DNA of 64,000 nucleotides, taken from NCBI RefSeq assembly GCF_009914755.1, contig NC_060947.1, one strand, 5' to 3'. This document shows positions 1-12,395 of this stretch, piece by piece; the first letter of the stretch is position 1; each line of letters starts with the position of its first letter. The DNA comes from the human T2T-CHM13v2.0 reference genome, Homo sapiens. Under the pieces are notes generated by a model that had not been told where the DNA came from, ran no database searches, and worked only from the letters and a program-made list of their open reading frames with translations. The position numbers were made by a program, and so were the translations under genes.

Positions 1-40
1 CATGCACTCCAACCTAGGTTACAGAGCAAGACTCCGTCGA
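1..40 (+). mobile_element. 3' end of an Alu
   Basis: GCACTCCAACCTAGGTTACAGAGCAAGACTCCGTC followed by an A-rich tail. Confidence 0.85.
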
Positions 41-125
41 AAGAAGAAAGAAGAAAGGAAGGAAGGAAGGAAAGAAGGAAGGAAGGAAGGAAGGAAAAGA
101 AGGGGAAATAAAAAGGGAAGAAATA
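41..125 (+). repeat. (GGAA)n/(GAAA)n microsatellite derived from the Alu tail
   Basis: Directly visible. Confidence 0.9.
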
Positions 126-1051
126 AGGCTGTAGGTGATTCTCTTCCTCTCCAAAATTGCATGGAGTCTTGTGGGTGCTGGGCCACGTATCCATCTTTAA
201 AAGTGGCTATTTCCTCAGCCTTCTTCAAACAGGGTAACTGGATAAGAGCTAGATATGAGGATGAGTAGAATTTGGGGGCTAGAAGCAGAGCTGAGGCCTA
301 GAACAAAGAGGTAACATGTAGGAGTCTCACAGCCAGAGGACTCCTCTTGGCCCCAGTACCCACTAAGCACTTGACTTAGAAACGATCGTGTATAGCCACC
401 TTGTTTTGCAGATTGGAAAACCGAGGTCTAGAGATGCCAATGACTTGTCCAAGGTCATGTAGTTTGCTAGCCAAAGACTAGGACTACAGCCCAGAACTCC
501 TGACTGCCTTTTCCTGGAATACTTCTGCTCCCTCAGCCTTCCTCAAAGTGACTGTCAGTTTAATTTTATAAGATGGCGGGGCTTGTGGTAAGGACTCTGA
601 AGAGAAAATGTCAAAAGAATAGACCAAATGATGGAAACAGGAGATTATCAAGCCTCAGCATTCTCTCCGACTTTCCCTAGCCCTTTTGCCACCTCCATAG
701 CCTGCCTGTCTTCCTACTCCCTGGAACGTAAGGCTGCCCTGGGGACAGCCTCCCAGGGTTGGCTCTGGAGCTCCTGCTCGTCCTCCTCTGTAGCCACTTC
801 TCTGGGGCATCTGTCCGCACACGTCTTCAGCTCCCATGACACACAGACATGCCCGCATCTCGAGCTCTAGCCCTCGACTTCACCTTCACATTTGTCTTTC
901 TATAGGATATTTCCATATGTAAATATGCCTCGCTCAGCCAGAAATCAAAATTGGAATTCATCTTCCCTATGCAAAGCTACAGCCTTTTCCTACCCCCTGT
1001 TTCTTTCAGTGCTTCCATAGTCCACCAATCCTCCCGACTCAAAACTTCCAT

Positions 1052-1285
1052 GTCACCAGAGGCTGGGGGAGAAGGAAATGGGGTTGGGGGGTGGTTAGTG
1101 TTTAATGGGTATACAGTGCCAGTTTGGGATGATGACAAAGTTCTTGAGAAGGATGGTGGTGATGGTTACACAACAATGTGACCATAATTAATGGCATTGG
1201 ACTGTACATTTGTAATGGGTGAAAATGGTAAATTCTATGTTATGTCTATTTCACCACAATTAAAAAAAACAAAAACAAAAACCCA
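1052..1285 (+). mobile_element. Old L1 (L1MB-like) 3' end inserted into L2 remnants
   Basis: GTTTAATGGGTATACAG...GATGGTGGTGATGGTTACACAACAATGTG...TTTCACCACAATTAAAAAA is a typical L1M 3' terminus; degenerate CAAAACT..CATGTCA direct repeats flank it. Confidence 0.8.
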
Positions 1286-1374
1286 AACCCAAAACTCATG
1301 TCATCCTTGACTTGTGGCTACCTTGCTGTCTTCTCCCCAGCTTACTTTGCCACCAAGTAATTCTGATTTTTCAC

Positions 1375-1550
1375 CTAGTGGAGATTCCTCAAACTTTCCC
1401 ATACTCCAGCACCAAGAGGGATTTGTTAAGAGTTATCAATTCCCCAGTCCTACTCGGCTCTTTGGTGTAGGGGTGGAGCATGGAATCCACATTTTAAACT
1501 TCCCAACAAACCTGATGTGGGTGGACTGCAGACTGCACTTGGAGAAATAA
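1375..1550. mobile_element. MER5-like hAT DNA transposon remnant
   Basis: TTCCTCAAACTT ... GGAATCCACATTTTAAAC ... CACTTGGAGAAA resembles MER5 ends and body. Confidence 0.5.
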
Positions 1551-2059
1551 ATACTGCCTCTCAGTGTCTTTTGGCTTTGTCCCTTCCTCTTCCTTCTACT
1601 ACCCCTATCCCTGCCCCAGCTGGCCCTCATCACCTCACACCTGGATTACAGCAACAGCTGGCCCATCACTAGCCTTTCCCTATTCCAGCCTCTCCAGCTG
1701 CCAGGACCCATCTTCTACAAATATCTTTTGCATCACATCACTTCCCTGCTCAGAAGCCTACCATGGCTCCCTGAGACCTCTTAGATTCTATCTAAAGTCA
1801 CTTGGCTGGGAGCCAGCCAAGTGAGCCTCCCACCCTCCCGCTTACCTTCTTCTCTGTTCACTGCCACCCCTCCCGTGCTCATTAGTCATTTATTTTCCTT
1901 GTGTTAGTCCCTCTGCTAGTTTGGGGTGGTCTTTCTTCTATTTCCCCCTTCCCACCATGAGCCCTGGAACACTTCTGGTTACGTTGGAGGAATTATGAAA
2001 ACTGTTCAGATTCTCTATCCTGCTTCTCAGTGCATTAATCTTGCCTCCCCCCAATGTGG

Positions 2060-2270
2060 GCTTTGCCATTCACCAGCTGTATGACTTTGGGCAAGTTGCT
2101 TAACCTCTCTGTGCCGTAGTGTTTTCATGTTCTCATGTGTAGAATGGTGATCTCAATAGGGCATACCTCATATGTCTGTGGACAGGATTAAGAGTCAACA
2201 GATGTAAAAAGTCTTATGACGGTTTCTAGCGTAAAGTAAGTGCCATGTAAGTGTTAGCTATTATTAGTAA
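2060..2270 (+). mobile_element. MIR
   Basis: Core GACTTTGGGCAAGTTGCTTAACCTCTCTGTGCC and tail GTTAGCTATTATT. Confidence 0.8.
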
Positions 2271-2554
2271 TTAGTATGATCACCTCCTCTTTCAGCCAGC
2301 TCATCTCTGGAAACCATGTCTGCTTGGAATACCTAACTGATCGAGTTCTCTGTTAAACCTTGCCTGATCTTGTGGAGGCGGTTAAGTATTAAGTGTTTGG
2401 GTTTCAACAAGCTCCTGTACATGAGATAACCTGAGGAACTGGGCCGTCTACAAAGCTGTAATTATGTCCATTAATTTCTAACCAACTAGGAGGAGAGGTG
2501 CTGAGAGTTGAAAGCAAGATTTTCCAGCATAAATAGGATTGATGATGTGGATGA

Positions 2555-3118
<564 letters not shown>

Positions 3119-4489
3119 TAAATTGACAGACACAACTAAAATTGTATGCATTTGTGATGTTTTGAAATATATACACATTGTGGAATGGCTCAATCTAGCT
3201 AATTAATATATACATTGTTGTTTTAGCTTTCAAATCCATGTCTTTGATTTTGTAGTGAATATAATTAATTCCTTTAAGGCCCACTGAATTCACAGCCAGT
3301 GTTTGTAATTATGTGTCCTGCCGCCCCCCCCCCGGCCCCGCCCACCCGAGTCTCTCTTTCTCTCTCAATGAATACCAAAAGTTCAAGTACTATAGAGTTG
3401 GGGGAGGTTTGAGAATATTTTCGACATAAAAAAAGGGCCCTTATTGTCACTAAGGTTGGGAACCACTGCCCCATGGGACATGTGGGAGCCATGGGAGTAG
3501 CACTAAGTTCTCTGGCTCTCAGTTTTCTCGTCTGTCAAATGGAGGTAAATCATAACTGCCTCTTTTTCTAAGGGCAGGAAACAGAATGTTTTGTACTCAG
3601 AAGCGGGGCCAGGGAGCAGTGCTCTTGTGATCCTTGCTGCTATGCTGGGAAGCCTCCATGAGGATGAGATGAGAGAATAGATGGGAGGGCACATGCAGAG
3701 GTGGCAAAAGCAGGCAGGGGATGCATACTCCTTCAAGCCTCATTATTATTTTCCTCGTTCTGGGTCCAGCTGGACCAGCTGAGCCCAGAAGCCTAAAACC
3801 CATGGAAGTCTTTCCAGGAGCAACGTGTTCTTTTGCCTTCCTCCACCCTTAGTCACTTTTCTGTGGAGAAACAACAACAGAAAGCAGCTCCTGTATGTGA
3901 CTAAGAAACATCTACAAACTTCCTCTTATCTAGCCTAGTAACTGCTGTGGCCTCAGAAGTTGCAGTGTTTGTCTCTGTTTAGTCAGCGTTGCCTAGGAAA
4001 CAAAGTTGTTCTCTCTTTACCACTATGTGACTGTGGGGCCAGTTTTTTCCCCTTTCTTGTAGAGAAAGGCTTGATGACCAGAGAGGTTTGGGGCGTTGTT
4101 GGGCTATTTTCTAGGTTTCCTTTTTTCATCTGCTTTTTCTCATTCAGCTGCAAGTCTGGCATGGGAAGTCTACAGAAGATGAACCAAATAGCCACAAAGT
4201 CTCTGAGCTAATTTTGAAAGGTGGGGATTTGGGAGTAAGTGGGGACTGGGAGAGCTGGTCAGGGTGAGGAATGGCTGCCAGGGGGCTTTGAATGCACTTG
4301 TTTGAAGTTTGTATCTGTACCAGCAGCTGTGGAATCTGCATGCCATGAACCAGTTGGCAGGTATAGACAATGAACCTGGCATTATGAATAGCAAGGTTGG
4401 GAGCAGGTGGGGAAATTGGGATTTGAGAGGCCAGCAAGCAGGAGTTTGCAATGTTCTGAAGGGTTTTGGTGATTAGAAAAGAACAGGTC

Positions 4490-4802
4490 AGCTGGGTGCA
4501 GTGGCGCATGCCTATAATCCCTGCACTCTGGAGGGCCAAGGAGGCAGGTTGCTTGAGTCCAGGAGCTCGAGACCAGCCTGGGCAACATGGCGAAACCTCC
4601 ATCTCTACTAAAAATACAAAAAAATATATATATTCAGGAGTGGTGGTGCACACCTGTAGCCCCAGCTACTCAGGAGGCTGAGGTGAGGATCATCTGAGCC
4701 CAGGGAGTTGAGACTGCAGTGAGCTTTGATGGCCCCACTGCATTCCAGCCTGGGCAACAAGAGTGAGACCCTGTCTCAAAAAAAAAAACCAAAAAAAAAA
4801 AA
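4490..4802 (+). mobile_element. Alu (AluJ-like), full length
   Basis: Diverged dimer with J-type GCTTGAGTCCAGGAG and a poly-A tail. Confidence 0.93.
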
Positions 4803-5699
4803 CCCAAAATGTCAACATGTATGACCTTTACAGAGGAAGAAGCATGTCATTTTGATTACATTTAGGCAGTGGTTGATGTAAGGGGCGGGGGGCAAGATAT
4901 CTTGGTCACCCTGAGGTTTGTGGCTCAGGAAAATCAAGGAGTTCTGTTTCCCCAATTTCAAGTGGGAAAAGGATAGGTATATATGCTACCAGAAGCTGAG
5001 ATGGAATGGAGTCACTTGAAGAGAGGTGATCGTTTCCCTTGGGAACATAGTGGGCTTAGAACACAGCTCAGGGTCCAGAGGAAGTTCAGGTTAGGGCGTG
5101 GTAAAGGAGACACTAAGCACTCATCAACAACCAATCAGAGAAATGCTAGGTCTCTGGATGCTGGGGACATGGAGCTGGGAAAGGGTGATGGGTGATAATG
5201 AACCCCAAAGAGAGGTGGAGGAAGGAATCTGGAGCCAGGAGCCTTAGACTTGGCCCTACCCACGTGGTTGGTGGGTTTGGTGAGAGAACTTTCAGCAGTG
5301 TCCCTGAGAACTTTCAGCAGGGACTGAGGATATCTTTCCTTGGCTGGAAGTAAGGGGAAGAGCAAAGGAAAGGGGGGTGGTTTTGCTACCTCATACATTC
5401 TCCCTCCTTCTCTTACTAGAGCCTTCTTAGCTCCTTTGCCAAGTCAAGTGTCACATGTGGATTGGTATTAAGGAGAATGCATTAAGTGAGCCCAGTGATG
5501 TTTTCAGAAGACAGAAGAGGCCCACGCCTGTTGATTTGGTTCCGCTCTTCTCGCTCCCTCCTATGTATACCCTGCCTGTTTCTTTTGGGCCTTCCTCGGG
5601 GTATCTTTCCTCCCAAATCACCCCCTCAAGCTACAGTTGTGTGTTATGAGTCACCTTGCCACTCACTCCGAAGCTCTCATATGAAAGCGGAGCAGGAGA

Positions 5700-5900
5700 G
5701 GGAGGAAGGATCTGGGCTTGAGTCCTAATTCCCGTAATAGCCATGTGACTTTGGGCAAGTCACTTAAACTCGCTGAGTCTCAGTTTCTTTATCCAGACAG
5801 TGAGGGCAAACAGCATGTCCTTCATATGAGTATTGTGCAGATGACACGAGATCACGGCTGCAGCATAGGCCTGGCACTGACAGGGTGCTCAAGGGATATT
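5700..5900 (+). mobile_element. MIR just beyond the TSC22D3 poly(A) site
   Basis: GTGACTTTGGGCAAGTCACTTAAAC...CTCAGTTTC core. Confidence 0.75.
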
Positions 5901-5959
5901 CAGGGGGTCAGCAAAACAGCCCCTACTGGGTGAGGGGCCTCTCCCACCCAGTCCATTTA

Positions 5960-7276
5960 TACTCAGTCAGACACCAAGTTTATTTTTAGAAAAACAGAGC
6001 AAAGTTTATTGAAATTTCAAGCTACATTTGGAAAATCAAAATCCAAATCCTGGAACCATACATCAGGATAAGGTGTCAAAAAGTGGAAAGTGTTCACTCT
6101 CACAAAACCCGCTACAGACAAGCTTTCTGGGCACACCTCCCAGGCTCCATTGGATCAAAGCCATCCCCTTGTTCATCCCTCATCCACAGTAGGACACCAT
6201 CCTTCTGTTCACTTGAAAGTTTTCCACAATAATTACAAAACAAAACAAAAAACGTTTTCAAATGACACTGTGAAGCCCAAACTGATCTTCTCTCAACCCC
6301 ATTCTATGTAGTCAGCACCAGTGAATGGTGGGTTTGGCATTCAAAACAGGACTTCACGTTTCAGTGGACAGCTGGGGAAAGGGTTGCAGCAGCAAGGCAT
6401 CCGTGGCCGCATTCAGAGGCTGGCCCCCCTCCTTGCCTTTACTCTCGAGTCTTACTTAACCTAAAAGACAAACTGGGTCAACTTGGTAAATGAACACAGT
6501 CAAAGACTTAGCCATAAGAGGTAAGGGACCAGTCAATACTCCCAAGGCTGGTTAGGCCCTTCAACATGTAGGTGGATGTGTATATGTATACATCGCTACA
6601 CTAAGATACAGATCTAGCCCTATGGGTATATATACGCATTTATGGCTATATAGAAAAACTATGCCAATACTAACCAAACAGAACTTTGTAAGCGGTCATC
6701 CCAAAGCTGTAATCCCACACTGGGCTGTGCACAAAGCCATGCATTATACCATATTAACCAACAGAAGGCTGACTTGGCTCAATCTCTCCCATCTGTGTCC
6801 CCTGCCTTCACGAAACAGAGGAGAAGAGAGAGGTTGCCTCTGCTTAAAACACAAGTGGCTTCTTCATAGGAACAGTCGTTGTCAGGTGAAGCTGTTGAAG
6901 ATGTCCATGGAGATGAGAAACAGACCCCTTAAACTTTCTGGAGCAAACTGGTGTCACACCTCAAACTACCCTTCTCCTTTGCCAGTTGCAGCTAAGTTGC
7001 CCAGGCCCTGGGAGCCCCCAGGGCGCAGTAGCATTAGAGGCTCACTGGCTTGGTGTTACTAGGCCCCATGCAACTCAGCCTCCAGAGACCTGCTCTTGTC
7101 AGGGGTCTGTCGCTGGAGTGGACCCAGGTGGCCATGTCCTTAGGACATCTCTTGGCACCAGCTGTGCTAGGTGTAAAGTTCTCCTCGTGAGATGATGCTT
7201 GGGGAGCCAAAAACAAACTGGAAAGAACTAGGTAAAACAAGTTTAGTGGCTCTGCCCACCCTGAGGACAGAGCCAC
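5960..7276 (-). other. TSC22D3: TSC22D3 3' UTR (~1.3 kb; 3' end approximate)
   Basis: Repeat-free sequence between the stop codon and the AATAAA signals, U-rich near its end. Confidence 0.85.
5979..6010 (-). terminator. Two tandem polyadenylation signals (AATAAA at 6010-6005 and 5984-5979)
   Basis: Plus-strand tttatt occurs twice, 26 nt apart, with U/GU-rich sequence following on the minus strand. Confidence 0.85.
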
Positions 7277-7522
<246 letters not shown>

Positions 7523-8656
7523 TCATAACAAAGCCATTCCTTAGCCATCGTGGCCCCTCTGCAGCACCTTTGCTCTGTCATTGGTGTGCCTGTGCTGTCC
7601 TTAATGCCAGGGCCCTCCAGCCTTCCCTCAGTGAACTGGTCTGGCAAGTCCAATTCCTCGTTCACCTTTCTCTGAAGCACTTAAACCCTCATTCAGGAGA
7701 GCTACATGATTTGGCTTATGCTGGAGTTGAGAGCCCAGCTTTGAACTAGATAGGTTCTCCCCTGCAAGTTTCTAATGACTTTCAAAGCTGGCTGCTGAGG
7801 GGCCTTTGGGGTGACACTTCTGCTGTTTGCCAGTGGTTTGCTATGTCCCCCTTTTTACATAAGCCCCTACTGCTGCCGATCCAGATCTGGGGGAAGGGTA
7901 GACCTGCAATGCATCCCATACTGTTTGTCTGCTGTACAAATCTTAACCAAGAGAATAAAATTGGCTATTTTAGAGTCTCCTCCCCTCCATATGACCCAGC
8001 ACATTGAATTGCAGCTGTCCTGCAGCCGGCCAGTTAGCACACAGGACATTGGCCTTGGGGAAAGGTACAGAACTGCCGCATCCTCTCTGAATTTGATGAC
8101 TGCACTGGGGGCAGGGAAGGTGTCCTTAAGCTCCAGGGCACAATTAAGTGGCTCCCAACCGCTGAAGCCCTAACCCTCTGCAGCCATTGTGGCTGCTCCT
8201 TGGAGTATGACCTCTACCTGGTAAGGAGAGGGACAGGGGTGGGGTGCTTCGCTTCCTGTTTCCACCCAACTCCTGACCCCAGTCCAGGCTCTGCAGAGGC
8301 ACTGCAGTGCTGTTGCATCCAATGAGCTCAGCCCCTTGCCAGCTGCACGATGCACACAAATGCAAGAGTCTGAGCTCCCTGCCCAACAACAGGCCCAGGA
8401 GAGAGTCAGAGCCTGCGGCAAAGACCTGAGATGGAGGAGGGAGGAAGAAAGGAGGGAGCCCAGGAAGGGAAGACTGGAAATGCCCTAAAAGGTGCCACTC
8501 TAATCAGACTCCACCTCCAGTGCGGATAGGAGGCAGGCTGTCGGCTTCCTCAGGGTTTTGGCTAAGGGCTTTTTCACCCATTCCCTCAATCCTGCCCAGA
8601 GTTACATAAGCAGCAGCTAAGTCAGGGGATGAGAATGACGCAGTGATGCCACTCAC

Positions 8657-8708
8657 CATGGCCTGTTCGATCTTGTTGTCTATGGCCACCACGCTGGCTC
8701 CGGAGGCA
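8657..8708 (-). CDS. TSC22D3: TSC22D3 shared coding exon 2: (S)ASGASVVAIDNKIEQAM, start of the TSC-box
   Basis: Acceptor TTTTTGTCTTGGCAG| and donor ATG|GTGAGT. The 52 nt keep the frame. VVAIDNKIEQAM is the TSC-22 family motif. Confidence 0.98.
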
Positions 8709-9072
8709 CTGCCAAGACAAAAAGCAAAGCGACCCATTACCCACTCGGTTCTACTCTTGAGTACATGGCAGTTGTGGCCAAAGTCCTCCATCTGCCTCGG
8801 CTCTTCCTCTCTCTCTCCTTCTCGCCTCCCTGGCCCAGAGTTCCGGACAGTTTGTCCCCAGATCCTTCCTTGGCCCCTGCAGGAAGCTGCATCTCCTCAT
8901 CCAGGCCGGCTCAGCGCTGCTGCCGCCGCCCCGAGTTCCAACCGATCGGAGCTGCTTGCGAGTCCTGGGGCGCGCAGGCCACCGTGGCCTGCTCGGGCAA
9001 TATGCAAACAATGGGGCTGTGCGACCCGGGGAGTCCCCCACAGCCGGCCTACAAGGTCCCAGGCAAACCTAC

Positions 9073-9300
9073 CCGGCTCTGAAGCTAGCTAGGAATTCCT
9101 TCTCGGCTGGTAAGCTTCCGGCCTTCTCCCAAGCGGCGCACGGCGCTCGGCCAGCCCCCTGCCCAGCCCTGTCTGGTCCTGCCCGCCGCCCCTCTGCCTC
9201 CGGCTGCCTCTGCGGCTGCAGCAGCTGGTTTTCACGGCGCAGCGGCCGCAGGGACGCTTCGATGACGGATCCCAGAGCGGCGGTGACCCCCCCCTTCCTG
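9073..9300 (-). other. TSC22D3: Probable alternative non-coding first exon inside intron 1 (would give the 77-aa MDLVKNH... form)
   Basis: Donor CGG|GTAGGT at 9073/9072 and a GC box at ~9310-9320 upstream. After splicing, the first ATG is the last codon of exon 2 (GCCATG|G), giving 1+76 = 77 aa, the size of the known short DIP isoform. The 5' end is a guess. Confidence 0.5.
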
Positions 9301-9446
9301 CGTCCCCTCCCCCCCGCCCCTTCCCAGGATGCTGCACCGCGGGGAACAGGGACCGGCGGCACACAGCTCGCTCAGAGACCGGGCTCCTAGCCCAGCTCCG
9401 GCCGGCGCCCCGGCTCGGGAGGCGCCGGAGCTGGGGCCAGCGGTTA

Positions 9447-9947
<501 letters not shown>

Positions 9948-9960
9948 TTAGGCTGGGACT

Positions 9961-9967
9961 GTAAACA
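9961..9967 (+). promoter_or_regulatory. FOXO/forkhead element GTAAACA (a second RTAAACA lies at 10854-10860)
   Basis: Exact FOXO core ~140 bp upstream of the inferred TSS; GILZ is an established FOXO3 target. Confidence 0.65.
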
Positions 9968-11000
9968 GTTCAGCACTTTCTTGTACCAACTGGCATCTCC
10001 AAAGAAGGCTCTGGAGATCGATAAAAACCAAACTGGAGCTGATTTCTAGAGAAATAAGAAATACAAATGCCCTAACAAGAGGCAGAGGGCATTCAGTAAA
10101 GAACAGCGCTAGTTTGAAAAGCTCTTCTTCAGGTGGCAGCCAGCATGCCCCCATGGCTTTGCATGCTCTCCCATGTCATACTCCCTGGACACGCGCCCTC
10201 ACCATCACGGCCTCACCCTCTTCCCAGTCACTGCCCTCTCAGTCTCTCCCCTGCACACATACTTTGTCACCTGCACATTCACTCTCTAATCAACTCAGCT
10301 TTCCCCTCACCAGCCAGCTGGCCTGCCGACCTGCCCTGAACCCCAGCACTCATCCACTTGCCCCTTCCTCTGAATGTTCAGGTGTGGGAGTACTTGTCTG
10401 TGGACCGGCACATGTACAGATCTGTGACATGCATGTAATGCATGCACAGGTCCATGCTAATCTACAGATGCATATGTATGGAGGAGAGGGTGTCCGGGAG
10501 CTGAGGTGAGTGGGTGAACATGTATGGGAGAGCAGCTAGGTGGGTGACAGAGGAGGTGAGGAGGAGACAGGGTATTGGAGTGAGCACTGGAGTGACCACA
10601 AGATGCCAGCCCTTTTCTCTTTAGTCTCCACATTCTACTCTTTGAAGAAAATACATTCAACATTATCCAGGATCCCGTGTCTCTATTTTTTAAAAACACA
10701 ACTTTGTTACTTTTCTTTAAAACAGCGAATGACAATAACACTCCAAACCAAAGGTATACATTTATATAAACGATCCCAGGAAAACACCTGCCCTGTGATG
10801 GGCCCAGCCATGCACAGCATTAGAGGTACTTCAGGAAAAACAGACTCCAAACCATAAACAAGATGAGGTGATTGTTCCATAATAAAAGTTACACGTTTCC
10901 ATTAAAATATATCTTATTTATATTCAGCCTCAAGCTGAGGGAAAAAAAATAAAGGCACCAGAGACTTGAGGTCCTTTTCTTCTGCTCCTTCCTAAGTGAG

Positions 11001-11012
11001 GCCACCTGGTGG
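11001..11012 (-). promoter_or_regulatory. CTCF-like core motif CCACCAGGTGGC
   Basis: Close match to the CCASYAGRKGGC core; motif only. Confidence 0.45.
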
Positions 11013-11103
11013 ACAAAAGCAGAATTTCCACCAGAAGGAGCAAGAGGGGCAGGGACAGGTGATGCAACCGGGAATATTATTTACACCAACTCAGGACCAA
11101 AGG

Positions 11104-11118
11104 AGAACATTGGGTTCC
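11104..11118 (+). promoter_or_regulatory. GILZ glucocorticoid receptor binding sequence AGAACAttgGGTTCC
   Basis: Matches the 15-bp GILZ GBS I recall from GR binding studies; ~1.3 kb upstream of the TSS. Confidence 0.9.
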
Positions 11119-11563
11119 ACCACATATACAACAGTTTGGATGAAGTTAAGGCCAGTACCCATGAATCAGTGCTCCACAGGCTGTGGTCCAAAGAAAGATC
11201 CTAACGCAATCATGCTATTGGAAAAGTACTGGGGCCTCTTATCAGCAAAGAAGGTAATTATTGTTTGCTTCAGGACATTTATCTTAACCAGGTGCCTGGC
11301 ACTAACACCCTGGCCAAGGCCCCAGCCAAATGCAGTCTGAAGGCCTTGATTTCCTCCCGGCTTCCAGGGCAGTTATGCCACTGAACAGCCAACATTTTTG
11401 GCTATGGTGTGGTGCTCTATTGGTGGATTCCAGTGGTGATAATATGTGTACAAGAGCCATTATATTGCAAAGTACTGACCAATAGAACTAAGTAAACCTG
11501 CTGCACTAGCCCGGGATGGTGTTTTTCTTCATCTCACTTTAGGTGGGAGACAATAATGATCTC

Positions 11564-11649
11564 AGGACATTCTGTTAACTTTAAGACACAACCTCTCTGA
11601 ACACGGTGTTTGCACTAAGACATGTGTAGTAGACAGAACAAAGTGCAGG
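11564..11649. promoter_or_regulatory. Cluster of GRE-like sites: AGGACAttcTGTTAA (11564-11578), TGAACAcggTGTTTG (11598-11612), AGAACAaagTGCAGG (11635-11649)
   Basis: Three imperfect GnACAnnnTGTnC-type repeats within 90 bp, ~1.8 kb upstream of a classic glucocorticoid-induced gene. Confidence 0.65.
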
Positions 11650-12078
11650 CTATACTTATGGGTCATCAAGAACATTCACTAAAAAAAAAAACCTCTTAAA
11701 TCAGGAGCTTAACTGGTATCAGAATTCCCTGATATATTAATATTAATTTGCCCTCTGCACCACATAGAGTTTTCTTGGTTCAGAAAGTCTCCGAGCTGAC
11801 CTTTCATTGGCTTGTTAATTTTTCCTCAACTATTGCTTTCCCCTCCCCCGAAGATTCCAAGGAAGATGATGAGAAGAAAAGGGGACAGAGAAATAAGCTG
11901 GGCTGGCAGGGGAAAAACACCACCAGGAAAACAGGGCACAGGACAGAAGTAAAAACAGCTCCTTCAAGAGGGACTCCCTTATGTGGAGACAGAGGCAGAG
12001 AAATCCAGGTGGTATGGGAAGGGAAGGCAAAAGGGTTAAGGTTCCCAGCAAAGCTGCATTTGAATTGATCATTAATTT

Positions 12079-12120
12079 GTCTACGGCCATACCACCCTGA
12101 ACACACCTGATCTCGTCTGA
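12079..12120 (+). pseudogene. 3'-truncated 5S rRNA pseudogene (first ~42 nt of 5S)
   Basis: GTCTACGGCCATACCACCCTGAACACACCTGATCTCGTCTGA versus the 5S 5' end GTCTACGGCCATACCACCCTGAACGCGCCCGATCTCGTCTGA. The three differences are all CpG-type transitions. Confidence 0.93.
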
Positions 12121-12184
12121 GTTGTTCATTAGTTATACTTCAATTATAAAAGCAAATTGAGTCTGAGACTCACTGACAATAATA

Positions 12185-12395
12185 GTTACTATTAATAGAG
12201 CATCAGCTATGGGCAGACACTGTGCTGGCTGCACCACCAACCCCAAGGTTTAGGCACTGTCACTATCATTTTACAGATGAAGAAACCAAGGGTCTGAGAG
12301 GCTACCTTGCCCAAGGCGGCAAAGGTAATAAATTACAGAGCTAGAACTGCAGCCCAGGGTCTTCCTGACCCAGAGATCAAATCTGTTCCTACTGC
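12185..12395 (-). mobile_element. MIR
   Basis: CATTTTACAGATGAAGAAACCAAGG...CTTGCCCAAGG. Confidence 0.75.

Noticed and set aside
41-100. (GGAA)n as an EWS-FLI1-type response microsatellite
   Set aside because: Runs are short and interrupted, and it is simply an Alu tail derivative.
3321-3350. G-quadruplex-type C/G runs (also ~13500-13540, 15795-15840, 59190-59230)
   Set aside because: Common in GC-rich human DNA; nothing ties them to a function here.
8709-8745. Minus-strand donor TGG|GTAATG just upstream of exon 2
   Set aside because: It would define an intron of only ~32 nt, too short for splicing.
12079-12120. Functional 5S rRNA gene
   Set aside because: Only ~42 of ~120 nt are present; the internal promoter and terminator are missing.
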